Position numbers and translations under genes: made by a program
In this document: positions 10,259 through 19,030 of the stretch, one piece after another
How the letters are laid out: each line of letters begins with the position of its first letter
How positions within the stretch are numbered: the first letter of the stretch is position 1
Virus record (IMG/VR): IMGVR_UViG_3300044742_000102
Reading direction: 5' to 3' (one strand)
Length of the DNA: 64,000 bases
DNA from: a virus
Notes under the pieces: generated by a model
Databases searched by the model: none
Seen by the model: only the letters and a program-made list of their open reading frames with translations
Told to the model about the DNA's origin: nothing

Positions 10259-10308
10259 TCTAATAGACATTTTCCAGAAAACCTCTAATAGACATTTCGA
10301 GAAACTCC
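10259..10308 (+). repeat. tandem ~24-nt repeat TCTAATAGACATTT(T)C-NN-GAAA(A)C(C)TCC upstream of gene 10324
   Basis: Two adjacent copies. Each combines the AGACATTT motif with a TTTC-NN-GAAA palindrome. They lie between the terminator and the next start codon. Confidence 0.7.
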
Positions 10309-10323
10309 AGAATAGGACAGCAT

Positions 10324-10884
10324 ATGCCAAATCAGGGACCAAACAGCACGGGTGCAGGAGCGACAGGTGGTGGTAGTGGTGCAACATGGGTTAATCCCAA
10401 TAATATCCTGACTCCTGATGATGTATATGCCACATGTAACCTTACATCTACACTCGCTCTCACTGAGTACCTTATCTCTACAAACTATGGATTCTCTATA
10501 CCCCCAACCGCTATTATTACCGGCATTTGGGCAGAGTGGCAACTAGCCATATCTGCCGGTACTGGTCGTATCACCCAAGCGTTTGTTACACTCAATGGAT
10601 CAGCCAGTGTTGGCACCGACCTCTTTCCAGCAAACCAATCATTGACCACACTTGACTCCTTATATTCTCGTGGTGGAGATGGACAAGTATTCGGCAATGT
10701 CCTTACAGGAGCAGATGTAAATCTGTCTACTTTCGGGGTGAAGCTAGAAGCACAGCAGCAAGGGGCCACGCTACCAGTTGTCGTTCGCTGCGACCATTCG
10801 AGGATGACTATCTGGTATGTTGTTGGTGGGTCACTTGTACCAAAACCCCCGCAGCATCGAATCGCTCATGTACTCGTTCGTTGA
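10324..10884 (+). CDS. hypothetical virion-module protein
   Basis: 186-aa ORF following the repeat/promoter-like region. Confidence 0.6.
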   Translation: MPNQGPNSTGAGATGGGSGATWVNPNNILTPDDVYATCNLTSTLALTEYLISTNYGFSIPPTAIITGIWAEWQLAISAGTGRITQAFVTLNGSASVGTDLFPANQSLTTLDSLYSRGGDGQVFGNVLTGADVNLSTFGVKLEAQQQGATLPVVVRCDHSRMTIWYVVGGSLVPKPPQHRIAHVLVR

Positions 10885-10895
10885 TAGGAGACCCT

Positions 10896-11369
10896 ATGTC
10901 ACGTATATACTCTATACCCTTTGGTGCCGTGGCTGTAGTCGCACAGCAGGACTTATTCTATATCGCACCAGCCGATGATAAGCCTATTCGATTTCATGCT
11001 ATTTTCCTCGCGCAAGGCACCGAAATCGGTGATGCAATGGAAGAGATGCTACGTATCGCGATTATTCGCGGCCATGCAACTGTAGGATCAGGTGGTACCG
11101 CACCAACTCCTGCACCCCTCGCACTATCAACCGAACTCGCGGCTGGATTTGTTGCACGAGTAAATGACACCACAATTGCCTCAGCCGGTACAGCACAAAC
11201 CTTACACGAAGACTATTGGAACATCCGTATGCCATATCTCTACATACCAACACCTGAGATACGACCGGGATGTAGCCAAGGAAACACGACCATTGTTGTG
11301 CGGCTACTCACTACACCAGCAGACTCTATCACGATGAGTGGCACACTATACGTGGAAGAGTTCCCATAG
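10896..11369 (+). CDS. hypothetical virion-module protein
   Basis: TAGGAG RBS before the ATG at 10896. Confidence 0.6.
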   Translation: MSRIYSIPFGAVAVVAQQDLFYIAPADDKPIRFHAIFLAQGTEIGDAMEEMLRIAIIRGHATVGSGGTAPTPAPLALSTELAAGFVARVNDTTIASAGTAQTLHEDYWNIRMPYLYIPTPEIRPGCSQGNTTIVVRLLTTPADSITMSGTLYVEEFP

Positions 11370-11383
11370 TCTAAGGGGGAACC

Positions 11384-13423
11384 ATGTCTCACGTGTTCCG
11401 TACACTCTTCCGTGCCCCACCTAGGCTATCACGTGGTCTAGCTATTCTATCCAAACCACACTTTCAATATACTGAAATCGCTGGTGAGGTTACTGTACTC
11501 ACCGCTCTATCCGGTACTGGTGTGCTCAATGTCAGTGACACCACCGGATCACCACAGGTTGTGCTTGCACTGACAACGGGTACCGAATCACATACAATAA
11601 ATGAAGCAACCGGTAGTGTAGTTGTTACTGTACCCACAACAGGTACCGACACGCAAAACCACGTGGAGACTGCGGGTGAGCTAACAATTGCCTCACAGGA
11701 ATCTGGTACCGATACCCAAGCCTATGCTGAACCAGCAGGAGCACAAGTTGTTCTTGTTGTTACAAGCGGTACCGATCTGCAACTCAATGGTGACTTCACT
11801 GGACAAGTCACCACACTCGCTCTAACCAGCGGTACCGATGTGCTTGCTGCATTAGAGCTTGGTGTAGCGGTTGTGCTTACGATATTGAGTGGTACCGAGG
11901 CTGTTACGCAGAACGAACTCACTGGCACGTTACCAGTGGTAGTTGTTCTCTCCGGTGTCGATGCCTTTACCTATCACGAAGCTACAGGTACAGCAGTTGT
12001 GCTGGTGGTGTTGAGTGGTACCGACAATATGCCGGTTACCGATCTAAGCGGTAGCGTGGTTGTTCTGGTCATACTTTCCGGTATCGATGAAGCAAACCCG
12101 ATCACTACAGCCCTACGCAGAGCCTCTATTATCAATGTGGCTCTACCATTCAGCCGTATCCTACCATACCCTGATGGAACGCTCGGTCGTGGAGACCGCG
12201 ACCAACTCAACTTCCGCTACAATGTTCCATCTGCTGATAGCTATAGCGAACTCACTGGTGAGGTCACAGTCAAGGCACTCACATCAGGTACGGATACCAG
12301 TAGTGTCATACATCTTGGTGAGACCACGGTTCGCGCACTTACCTCTGGTACCGATACAGCTAACATTACTGACACGACAAATATACAGGTTGTGTTCGTG
12401 GTGCTATCGGGTGCGGACACCTTTACTGCAAGTGGTAATATCAACACCGCTCGTAAGCGTGCTGCGATTATCAACGTAGCTCTACCATTCAGTAGAGTCC
12501 TACCATACCCAGATACCGTACTCGATGAAGAAGATCGGCAGCAGCTACTTATGCAGGCTGTACGAGAACTGACCCTCTTTAATGAAGACTTTGGTGAGCT
12601 TACTGTTCGTGCTCTCACGAGTGGTGTTGATACACTCACCAATACTGAAATTACTAGTGAGGTAACCGTTCTTGTTACTCTTGATGGTACCGATGGATTC
12701 TTCCTTGCACCTACCAACTACATAGAAACTGCTGGTGAGGTCACCGTACTTAGCGTACTCAGCGGCACCGAAGTCCAGAGTATGTCAGAAACCACCGGTG
12801 CGGTCACCACATTGGTGATACTCACCGGAAGTGATGTTTTTGGAGCCTCTGAGGCCACAGTAGCGGTTGTACCGATCATTGTGACTACCACAGGCACAGA
12901 TTCATTTACTATCATCGAACTTGGCTTACAGGTCATTGTGGTGGCTATGAGTGGTCAGGACACCGCAGTAAGCACGGATACCACCGGACAGGTCACCATC
13001 CTCGCTGTTCTTACTGGTGATGCTGCCGTAAGCACCACAGACACTACCGGACAGGTCACCATCCTCGCGGTACTCAGTGGTACCGATGGTGTATCATATA
13101 GTGACTTTGGTGAGATAACACTTCTCGCTGTTATGCCAACCGGTGTTGAAATATTCGATGCCATTGATGTAACAGGTGTGGTGGTTGTACCTGTCATAAC
13201 GACAGGTTCCGACCTCATATTCACAGGAGAGGTTCTTGGTGAGGTTACCATACTTGTGGTCACAACCGGTAGAGACACAACTACCAAGCGACCACTACAC
13301 AATAACTATCACACATCAGCATCGTTGTATGAGCCATATAGTACAGTATCCCACGTTGTAGACCCTTACACAACCACACAACAGGATGTTTATAATCCAT
13401 ACGACACACTGATCGTTCGATAG
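11384..13423 (+). CDS. SGTD-repeat fibre-like protein
   Basis: AAGGGGGA RBS. 679 aa with more than 20 degenerate ~20-aa repeats (GEVTVLxxLSGTD...) and two copies of the module R(R/K)A(S/A)IINVALPFSR(I/V)LPYPD. Confidence 0.7.
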   Translation: MSHVFRTLFRAPPRLSRGLAILSKPHFQYTEIAGEVTVLTALSGTGVLNVSDTTGSPQVVLALTTGTESHTINEATGSVVVTVPTTGTDTQNHVETAGELTIASQESGTDTQAYAEPAGAQVVLVVTSGTDLQLNGDFTGQVTTLALTSGTDVLAALELGVAVVLTILSGTEAVTQNELTGTLPVVVVLSGVDAFTYHEATGTAVVLVVLSGTDNMPVTDLSGSVVVLVILSGIDEANPITTALRRASIINVALPFSRILPYPDGTLGRGDRDQLNFRYNVPSADSYSELTGEVTVKALTSGTDTSSVIHLGETTVRALTSGTDTANITDTTNIQVVFVVLSGADTFTASGNINTARKRAAIINVALPFSRVLPYPDTVLDEEDRQQLLMQAVRELTLFNEDFGELTVRALTSGVDTLTNTEITSEVTVLVTLDGTDGFFLAPTNYIETAGEVTVLSVLSGTEVQSMSETTGAVTTLVILTGSDVFGASEATVAVVPIIVTTTGTDSFTIIELGLQVIVVAMSGQDTAVSTDTTGQVTILAVLTGDAAVSTTDTTGQVTILAVLSGTDGVSYSDFGEITLLAVMPTGVEIFDAIDVTGVVVVPVITTGSDLIFTGEVLGEVTILVVTTGRDTTTKRPLHNNYHTSASLYEPYSTVSHVVDPYTTTQQDVYNPYDTLIVR

Positions 13424-13427
13424 CAGA

Positions 13428-13467
13428 ATACCCCACTACTCATTGCTGGGTAGTGGGGTATTTCTGT
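13428..13467. terminator. bidirectional intrinsic terminator between convergent genes
   Basis: 12-bp stem ATACCCCACTAC...GTAGTGGGGTAT followed by TTCTGTTT. It sits between the + gene ending at 13423 and the - gene ending at 13468. Confidence 0.75.
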
Positions 13468-13878
13468 TTATACGAACGGGAACCGATAGATACGGATGCC
13501 ACGGTTCCCATGTTCTAGGTAGATACCAGATGCATCTACAACTAATGCATCGGCATCTCGCAAGATATTCTGTAGCCATTCACCTGGATCAGTAGATTCC
13601 TCAGTACGTTCCTCGCTAAGTTGAATGAGGCCGGATACAAAGCCAATTGACTTAGCATCATCACTAGAGTCATAGCCGGTACGAATCTTGGTGAGTGCAT
13701 TCTCAATATCCTCTCGCGTATAGCGCGTACTAGGCAGCACGAACGCATGGGCTACTGCCCGATTACCCTTCCCCCATATTGGGTACACAACACCCCTTCC
13801 CATACACAGCATACACGAATCACCCTTATCATCGTGTGTTTGACCGTAACATTTCGGGCATATATCAAGAATTGCCAT
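13468..13878 (-). CDS. zinc-finger protein (DnaJ-type CxxCxGxG motif)
   Basis: CPKC...CMLCMGRG near the N-terminus. 136 aa. Confidence 0.55.
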   Translation of the reverse strand: MAILDICPKCYGQTHDDKGDSCMLCMGRGVVYPIWGKGNRAVAHAFVLPSTRYTREDIENALTKIRTGYDSSDDAKSIGFVSGLIQLSEERTEESTDPGEWLQNILRDADALVVDASGIYLEHGNRGIRIYRFPFV

Positions 13879-14025
13879 ATAGTTCTCCTACGTTGTGTAA
13901 TATCCATCCTACCATTGTAATAGCGAATCCAGTTACAAACAGAGGCCAATCATCGCTACAGAAACTATAGCCTATACACCCACTTCCACCAGTTATGATG
14001 AGTATCCCCATTACCCTTGCTGCCA

Positions 14026-14301
14026 CTAAAAATAGCCTCCATATCCTTCTACAACAAATACCTCCATATCTTCAAATTTCTGTGGTGGCCCGACTCTTCT
14101 CCAGTTTGTCATTTCAGCAAGAGTCTTATATGCATCTTCATCCTCTGGAGTCCAATCATGTGTCTCAATGCCCAGCTTATACAGCAGGGGTTCCAGTGTT
14201 TCCCACGCACTACCGCTTAGACTATCATGATGATGATACACCAGTTCACCATCAATGTACAGAAAACACCAATCATGTAGATGTACTTGGTCAATTCTCA
14301 T
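14026..14301 (-). CDS. hypothetical early protein
   Basis: 91-aa ORF on the - strand. Confidence 0.5.
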   Translation of the reverse strand: MRIDQVHLHDWCFLYIDGELVYHHHDSLSGSAWETLEPLLYKLGIETHDWTPEDEDAYKTLAEMTNWRRVGPPQKFEDMEVFVVEGYGGYF

Positions 14302-14339
14302 GTGAGCAGCTTTCTACTATACATTACTACGCATTTCGA

Positions 14340-14480
14340 TTAATTGCTTGCCCATACCATTAGACCAATCAGTAGGCATACCACAGCCACAATCATAACC
14401 GTTGTATCCTCTCGAATAGCTCCGAACATAAACACAATCAGTTCAACAAGGATGAACGTAGTAGGCATTGGCTTATTCAT
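14340..14480 (-). CDS. 46-aa hydrophobic micro-protein
   Basis: Hand-translated as MNKPMPTTFILVELIVFMFGAIREDTTVMIVAVVCLLIGLMVWASN. Below the track cutoff. Confidence 0.4.
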   Translation of the reverse strand: MNKPMPTTFILVELIVFMFGAIREDTTVMIVAVVCLLIGLMVWASN

Positions 14481-14488
14481 ATGTGGCA

Positions 14489-14638
14489 TCATTCTGCTTT
14501 ATCTCCTGCCATCAGCACAAACATCACACCTAACATGAATATAATAAACGACTGAAATGCTGCTGTATCCATGCGGTAATCAGTCAGCCACATGGTAGTT
14601 CCTAGAAAAGTATACGCTACTCCGAAGATGTATTTCAT
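14489..14638 (-). CDS. 49-aa hydrophobic micro-protein
   Basis: MKYIFGVAYTFLGTTMWL...FIIFMLGVMFVLMAGDKAE. The ATG directly abuts the upstream TGA (TGAATG). Confidence 0.4.
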   Translation of the reverse strand: MKYIFGVAYTFLGTTMWLTDYRMDTAAFQSFIIFMLGVMFVLMAGDKAE

Positions 14639-14920
14639 TCACACAAATTCCATCACCGGGTGATATTTACCCTTTTCATTCAGTTCTCCTGGCTCGTAGT
14701 TATGATGTGTCCTCACAAACCAGCCATATGGTAGTTTCTTGATATATGTGTCTGCTGTACCTCCCTCTTTACTCTGTCGCGTATGATTAATGTTGATCCA
14801 AATTCTATTTCGCATATCAACCTCGATAGCCCACCATGTGCAATATCCTTCCTCACCCACCTTCATGTACTTGATCTTCGAACGGTCTTCACGATGTTCA
14901 GGAAGAACAGCTTGACTCAT
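14639..14920 (-). CDS. hypothetical early protein
   Basis: 93-aa ORF, 4-nt overlap with the upstream gene. Confidence 0.55.
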   Translation of the reverse strand: MSQAVLPEHREDRSKIKYMKVGEEGYCTWWAIEVDMRNRIWININHTRQSKEGGTADTYIKKLPYGWFVRTHHNYEPGELNEKGKYHPVMEFV

Positions 14921-15144
14921 ATTCTATTCCTAATCCATGCAGCATCAATCACCATAGCCTTACGCTTACCCTTCTCACGTACACTAATCTGTCGCTTGGC
15001 TGGTAGACCCAACACATCAGTCTTACTTGGGTTCTCGACAACGACACCGATGAAATCACATCCCTTCATCATGTTCATGGTGCTATCGACACAGACCTCG
15101 TTGCCTACTTTGAGCTTGGATACATCAAATACCTTAGCTGCCAC
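14917..15144 (-). CDS. hypothetical early protein
   Basis: 75-aa ORF, coupled to its neighbours. Confidence 0.5.
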   Translation of the reverse strand: MAAKVFDVSKLKVGNEVCVDSTMNMMKGCDFIGVVVENPSKTDVLGLPAKRQISVREKGKRKAMVIDAAWIRNRI

Positions 15145-15398
15145 TATTTCTCACTCCACTTATTCAAGATACTTGCCAGCACCGGGCCGAAGTCTACACC
15201 ACGCATCTCTAGTACATTCTTCCCTCCTACTAGAATGCGGAACACATGCCCACTGTTGGTTGCCTCGTGATACACATAGGCATCTGTCCACTGCATCTCT
15301 TGACTATCCCAAATCTGTCCGTACAATTCCTCCTTTCCGTATTTCTTCTCATCGTTGCTGTTCTTCAATATATCATCTGCCTCATCTAGAACACTCAT
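15144..15398 (-). CDS. hypothetical early protein
   Basis: 84-aa ORF, ATGA coupling upstream. Confidence 0.5.
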   Translation of the reverse strand: MSVLDEADDILKNSNDEKKYGKEELYGQIWDSQEMQWTDAYVYHEATNSGHVFRILVGGKNVLEMRGVDFGPVLASILNKWSEK

Positions 15399-15541
15399 CT
15401 CGTTCCCTCCACTGTTGGTGTCATCAGCTTATCCCACCATAGGCTAGGATTATCAGAGGCCGTACTGCCCACCAACGCTAACAACACCAACAGTATAACA
15501 CACAGTAACATCGATAAACCAACAACTCCTGCTTGGCTCAT
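15395..15541 (-). CDS. 48-aa signal/TM micro-protein
   Basis: MSQAGVVGLSMLLCVILLVLLALVGSTASDNPSLWW.... ATGA overlaps at both ends. Confidence 0.45.
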   Translation of the reverse strand: MSQAGVVGLSMLLCVILLVLLALVGSTASDNPSLWWDKLMTPTVEGTR

Positions 15542-15834
15542 GAGTGTGACAATACAATTCTATCAGGCCACATGCAAAGCCTTACTGGAAATCCACGAGC
15601 AACATATTCATCATAGATATCAAGTGCTCTCTCCCATGTCGTTCCTGCCCATGCTTCTAACCAGCGCACAGCGAATGGATATGGGTCTACTGGATCAACG
15701 ATATCCACAAAGAAGTTCTCTTCTTCTTCTACTTCATATGGGTCGTACATATATTCACCCATCTCACCCGGACAGACAGCATCACCCTGTAGCAGCATTA
15801 GTTCGCTCCTGCGCTCTATGATAATACGGATCAT
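15538..15834 (-). CDS. hypothetical acidic early protein
   Basis: 98 aa, with a D/E-rich centre (YDPYEVEEEENFFVDIVDPVDPY). Confidence 0.55.
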   Translation of the reverse strand: MIRIIIERRSELMLLQGDAVCPGEMGEYMYDPYEVEEEENFFVDIVDPVDPYPFAVRWLEAWAGTTWERALDIYDEYVARGFPVRLCMWPDRIVLSHS

Positions 15835-16045
15835 GGTTATGGCTCATTGGTTCTGGACAATCAGTGTTCACATGGATAGGACACGGATCATCATTAAATA
15901 TATCGTAGTTACAATCATCTATACCACTCAAACACCTTTCTCGTTCATCCTCTGCCCCACAATCAAGACACCACGCACCGGGCCATCCACTCCATCTATG
16001 CTCCATTATCCAATCCCTCCCAATGCATTTTACCATCAATACCAA
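15782..16045 (-). CDS. Cys-rich hypothetical protein
   Basis: CLDCG...CLSGIDDC...CPIHVNTDCPEP. The start is uncertain because the ORF overlaps both neighbours. Confidence 0.45.
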   Translation of the reverse strand: MVLMVKCIGRDWIMEHRWSGWPGAWCLDCGAEDERERCLSGIDDCNYDIFNDDPCPIHVNTDCPEPMSHNHDPYYHRAQERTNAATG

Positions 16046-16595
16046 ACTCCATTGAACTATCCCATACCCCGTTCACCGAGCGGATAACACTGAATCGAAT
16101 CTCTGGATTCATGTCTTTCAGAATAACACTAGCAAGTACTGTAGACCGCTCGATCAACCAGAACGGATTGTCGTGTCCACACAACATGAATGCATCATAT
16201 GGACTGTAGTGTAGATACAGTTCATATGTTACACTAGGCCGCTGATCTAGTTCTTCATAGGCTTGGTCCCATCCACGAATAAATGCTGCTTCATCTGCTG
16301 CTTCATGTCCATCATCATATCCGTGATCGTATCCTGATTTTTCTCCAGCATCCCAGCCTTGTACATAACCAGCCTGCCGTGCTTGCTCGATCAGCGCATC
16401 AGCTTGATCCATGACCTGTTCTACTAATTGTGACTTTATCAGTCCTTCGAATCCTCCCCGATATCTTTCAACAAACTCTTCACATACAGCACATGGATCA
16501 ACTCTACATCTCGTGAAATCATTTACTTCCCAATCATATTCCCCATTGTCATACATCTTTCGGGCTACGTAGTTCCGAAGCTCTTGACTAATCAT
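15996..16595 (-). CDS. hypothetical early protein
   Basis: 199-aa ORF. Confidence 0.6.
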   Translation of the reverse strand: MISQELRNYVARKMYDNGEYDWEVNDFTRCRVDPCAVCEEFVERYRGGFEGLIKSQLVEQVMDQADALIEQARQAGYVQGWDAGEKSGYDHGYDDGHEAADEAAFIRGWDQAYEELDQRPSVTYELYLHYSPYDAFMLCGHDNPFWLIERSTVLASVILKDMNPEIRFSVIRSVNGVWDSSMEFGIDGKMHWEGLDNGA

Positions 16596-16896
16596 TGTTC
16601 AACTCTCCATGCATTGCATATATTCGCAGGTAGCCAATCATCTTCCTCAATGTATGTTCGTTGTCGTGTACGTAGCCTAATGCCATGTTACAATCCCGAC
16701 AAAGAAGTCCTCTCAGTGTACCGGTTGAGTGACAATGATCGACTACCAACTGTCCTACCTCATCTACACCCCTTCCACACAGATGACAACCACCACCCTG
16801 CAAGTAGTGTACGTGTTCGTAGTCTGCTTGTGTAATACCATATCGCTTAATGAGCTTTTGTTCACGATCATAGCTCACCTTAGATGTAGAGGCCAT
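16588..16896 (-). CDS. endonuclease VII-family (HNH-like) nuclease
   Basis: CHLCG...VVDHCHSTGTLRGLLCRDCNMALG matches the Endonuclease_7 signature. I chose the ATG at 16896 because it follows a GGAGAAG RBS. Confidence 0.75.
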   Translation of the reverse strand: MASTSKVSYDREQKLIKRYGITQADYEHVHYLQGGGCHLCGRGVDEVGQLVVDHCHSTGTLRGLLCRDCNMALGYVHDNEHTLRKMIGYLRIYAMHGELNND

Positions 16897-17206
16897 TGAG
16901 CTTCTCCGCTCGTTCTTCCCAACATGCATCGGTGCTGAGTTCACGTAGTACACTACCTCTCCATGTTTCATGCGCGAATCTACGAGCATTCATACATGCT
17001 AGTTCGGGCAGCAGACCCTCAGAGTATCCCCAATCCTCCGGTTCTAGCTCAGTTGTTACCCACACAATCTCCTGTTCTACCTTATGTAGTTTACTCCCGC
17101 GCATTCGTACCGAACATTTCAACCCTTCACTCGTAAGTCCAAGTATCTTATACCAGAATACATCGTTCGGTACAGTTGCATCCGTGTACTCGTGAGTTAC
17201 TTTCAT
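16880..17206 (-). CDS. hypothetical early protein
   Basis: 108-aa ORF. Confidence 0.5.
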   Translation of the reverse strand: MKVTHEYTDATVPNDVFWYKILGLTSEGLKCSVRMRGSKLHKVEQEIVWVTTELEPEDWGYSEGLLPELACMNARRFAHETWRGSVLRELSTDACWEERAEKLNGLYI

Positions 17207-17412
17207 TCGTTCTCCTTATACGTGTATCCAGTCTCAATCAACACTTGTCGTGCCGCTTCTAGGAAATCTATCACAGCACTGCTATATAGGCTCACAATTC
17301 GTGCATCAGCTTTTGATACACAGCGCACACCACACAACGCATCATGTATATCCCTCACAGTTTTCTCAGCGGTGTTGAACGCATCCAAGTATTTAGGGTC
17401 ACAATGTTTCAT
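17203..17412 (-). CDS. hypothetical early protein
   Basis: 69-aa ORF with 4-nt overlaps on both sides. Confidence 0.5.
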   Translation of the reverse strand: MKHCDPKYLDAFNTAEKTVRDIHDALCGVRCVSKADARIVSLYSSAVIDFLEAARQVLIETGYTYKENE

Positions 17413-17645
17413 TCTTCTTCCTCATCAGCATCGACTACAATACCAAATTCTTCGAGTGCCTCATCTGGTGTGATCGGATACTCAACGAGACATAATTCGT
17501 AGTCCTGTACCTCAAACTCTGCATACCAACGTGCTACCCATTGTCGTGCTTCCCCTGCTGTACGAAATTCTACCGCTCCCGCGTATACGAAGTCAGTTTC
17601 CCACCTACGCAGAACAACTACATAGTACATCATGCAAAATCCCAA
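17409..17645 (-). CDS. hypothetical early protein
   Basis: 78-aa ORF with an acidic C-terminus. Confidence 0.5.
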   Translation of the reverse strand: MGFCMMYYVVVLRRWETDFVYAGAVEFRTAGEARQWVARWYAEFEVQDYELCLVEYPITPDEALEEFGIVVDADEEEE

Positions 17646-17836
17646 TTACGAAATTCAACATCAACTACACCACTCACCATCATAAGGTAATCAATAGAAT
17701 CTTCTTCGGAATCACTTAGAAAATTAGATAGTTTCTTATCCCATGCTTCGTTCCCATCAGGATCATCTCTGTAATCAGGTTGTTCTTCTTCCATGTCCAA
17801 CTCAACTAGCACAGAGTAACGCATCCATACCCGCAT
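17630..17836 (-). CDS. hypothetical acidic early protein
   Basis: 68-aa ORF. Confidence 0.45.
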   Translation of the reverse strand: MRVWMRYSVLVELDMEEEQPDYRDDPDGNEAWDKKLSNFLSDSEEDSIDYLMMVSGVVDVEFRNWDFA

Positions 17837-18138
17837 TATACACCATCCTCATCAGTAATGTCAACCTCTTCATCATCGCAGATAATATCAGGCTCTTCGT
17901 AATATGCATATGGGTCTAGTTCATAGTCATCCTCTTCCTCATCATCGATAATCAGATAGTCAGGTAATGGCTCGGTCACCCTCTCTACTGTATAGGTAAT
18001 ATCGTGTGGCATCCCGTACATGTATACATCTGCATAGAGTACATCAGCGAGGTCTGATGCATCCTCTTCTGCAATCGATGTGTTGTCGTTATCTACGAAG
18101 TAGCTAATCGTGAATGTAACCTTATGCATTAGCTCCAC
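17836..18138 (-). CDS. highly acidic protein (DNA-mimic-like composition)
   Basis: The C-terminal half is almost only D/E/Y (LIIDDEEEDDYELDPYAYYEEPDIICDDEEVDITDEDGV). Confidence 0.55.
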   Translation of the reverse strand: MELMHKVTFTISYFVDNDNTSIAEEDASDLADVLYADVYMYGMPHDITYTVERVTEPLPDYLIIDDEEEDDYELDPYAYYEEPDIICDDEEVDITDEDGV

Positions 18139-18500
18139 TCTCCATCTCGCTTGAACTTGTCAATTGCGTTGTCCTCTGCATCTCGCAGTGCATCCGCACG
18201 CTCGTTGTCGTAGATGTCGTGCCACTTATCATAACATTTCTCGCAGAACTTTTCACCATTGTAGAACGGTTCAATGGTTTGCAGATCATTCTCATCCCCA
18301 AACGTACCACAGCGAGAACATGCCTTGCCCTGAATATCAATCTCATCAATGCCTGTGACAATACAGGCTGCTCTCTCATATCGAAGAGCCTGTTCAATCG
18401 CAGCAATACAGTCTGATACTGCATTGTGAGCATCCTCATCGTGTGTATGCTCGAACGGCACCACGAAATCAATAATCAAACGAACAGTTGCTTCTGGCAT
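18129..18500 (-). CDS. zinc-ribbon protein
   Basis: CSRCG...CEKC pair. 123 aa. Confidence 0.55.
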   Translation of the reverse strand: MPEATVRLIIDFVVPFEHTHDEDAHNAVSDCIAAIEQALRYERAACIVTGIDEIDIQGKACSRCGTFGDENDLQTIEPFYNGEKFCEKCYDKWHDIYDNERADALRDAEDNAIDKFKRDGEWS

Positions 18501-18703
18501 TAGTTTGTTTCCTCTCCTGTGTCCGTAAGGGTACTATAGTCGTAGGTAAGGTTATCCCAATCAACTTCTTCTTGGTCATTAGCATAATCCCATATGTTGC
18601 CCTCTCTAGCATAGGCTAGTGCATCTTGTTCATCATCTCCTACAAGATACACTGTCTCGCGCATATGAACATCAAGCTCACGTACGATACTATAGATTTT
18701 CAT
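18500..18703 (-). CDS. hypothetical acidic early protein
   Basis: 67-aa ORF, coupled to its neighbours. Confidence 0.5.
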   Translation of the reverse strand: MKIYSIVRELDVHMRETVYLVGDDEQDALAYAREGNIWDYANDQEEVDWDNLTYDYSTLTDTGEETN

Positions 18704-18948
18704 TATTCTACCTCTACATCATACACACCACCGTACACACCGTACGCAGCAGCAGACTCTCGTGCATCGAGGTAACTTGTGTCATCAACACGATCCCATT
18801 CGTTACGCAGTAGATTGTTGATGAAGGTGATGTAGTAGTTCACCGCTCCTTCCAGATCATCAAACGGAAACACTTTCATGTAGTCTCTAACATTGTCAAC
18901 ATCAGTAATCACTACCCACACAACAGTTTTATCCACAGGTTTCTCCAA
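18703..18948 (-). CDS. hypothetical early protein
   Basis: 81-aa ORF. Confidence 0.5.
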   Translation of the reverse strand: MEKPVDKTVVWVVITDVDNVRDYMKVFPFDDLEGAVNYYITFINNLLRNEWDRVDDTSYLDARESAAAYGVYGGVYDVEVE

Positions 18949-19030
18949 ACACTACCATCAATCCTAACACAATGAACATGGGAATCCACAGCACCGCTAG
19001 AAGAATAACTGGCTCCCAATCAATTCTCAT
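18929..19030 (-). CDS. 33-aa TM micro-protein
   Basis: MRIDWEPVILLAVLWIPMFIVLGLMVVFGETCG. ATGA overlap with the upstream gene. Confidence 0.35.
   Translation of the reverse strand: MRIDWEPVILLAVLWIPMFIVLGLMVVFGETCG

Noticed and set aside
11464-13302. Antisense and alternative-frame ORFs inside large genes (for example 11464..13302 in the SGTD-repeat gene, 2266..3606 in the tail fibre gene, 31190..32796 in nrdJ, and 37765..39345 in polA)
   Set aside because: These are shadow ORFs of clearly coding regions with recognisable motifs on the other frame or strand.
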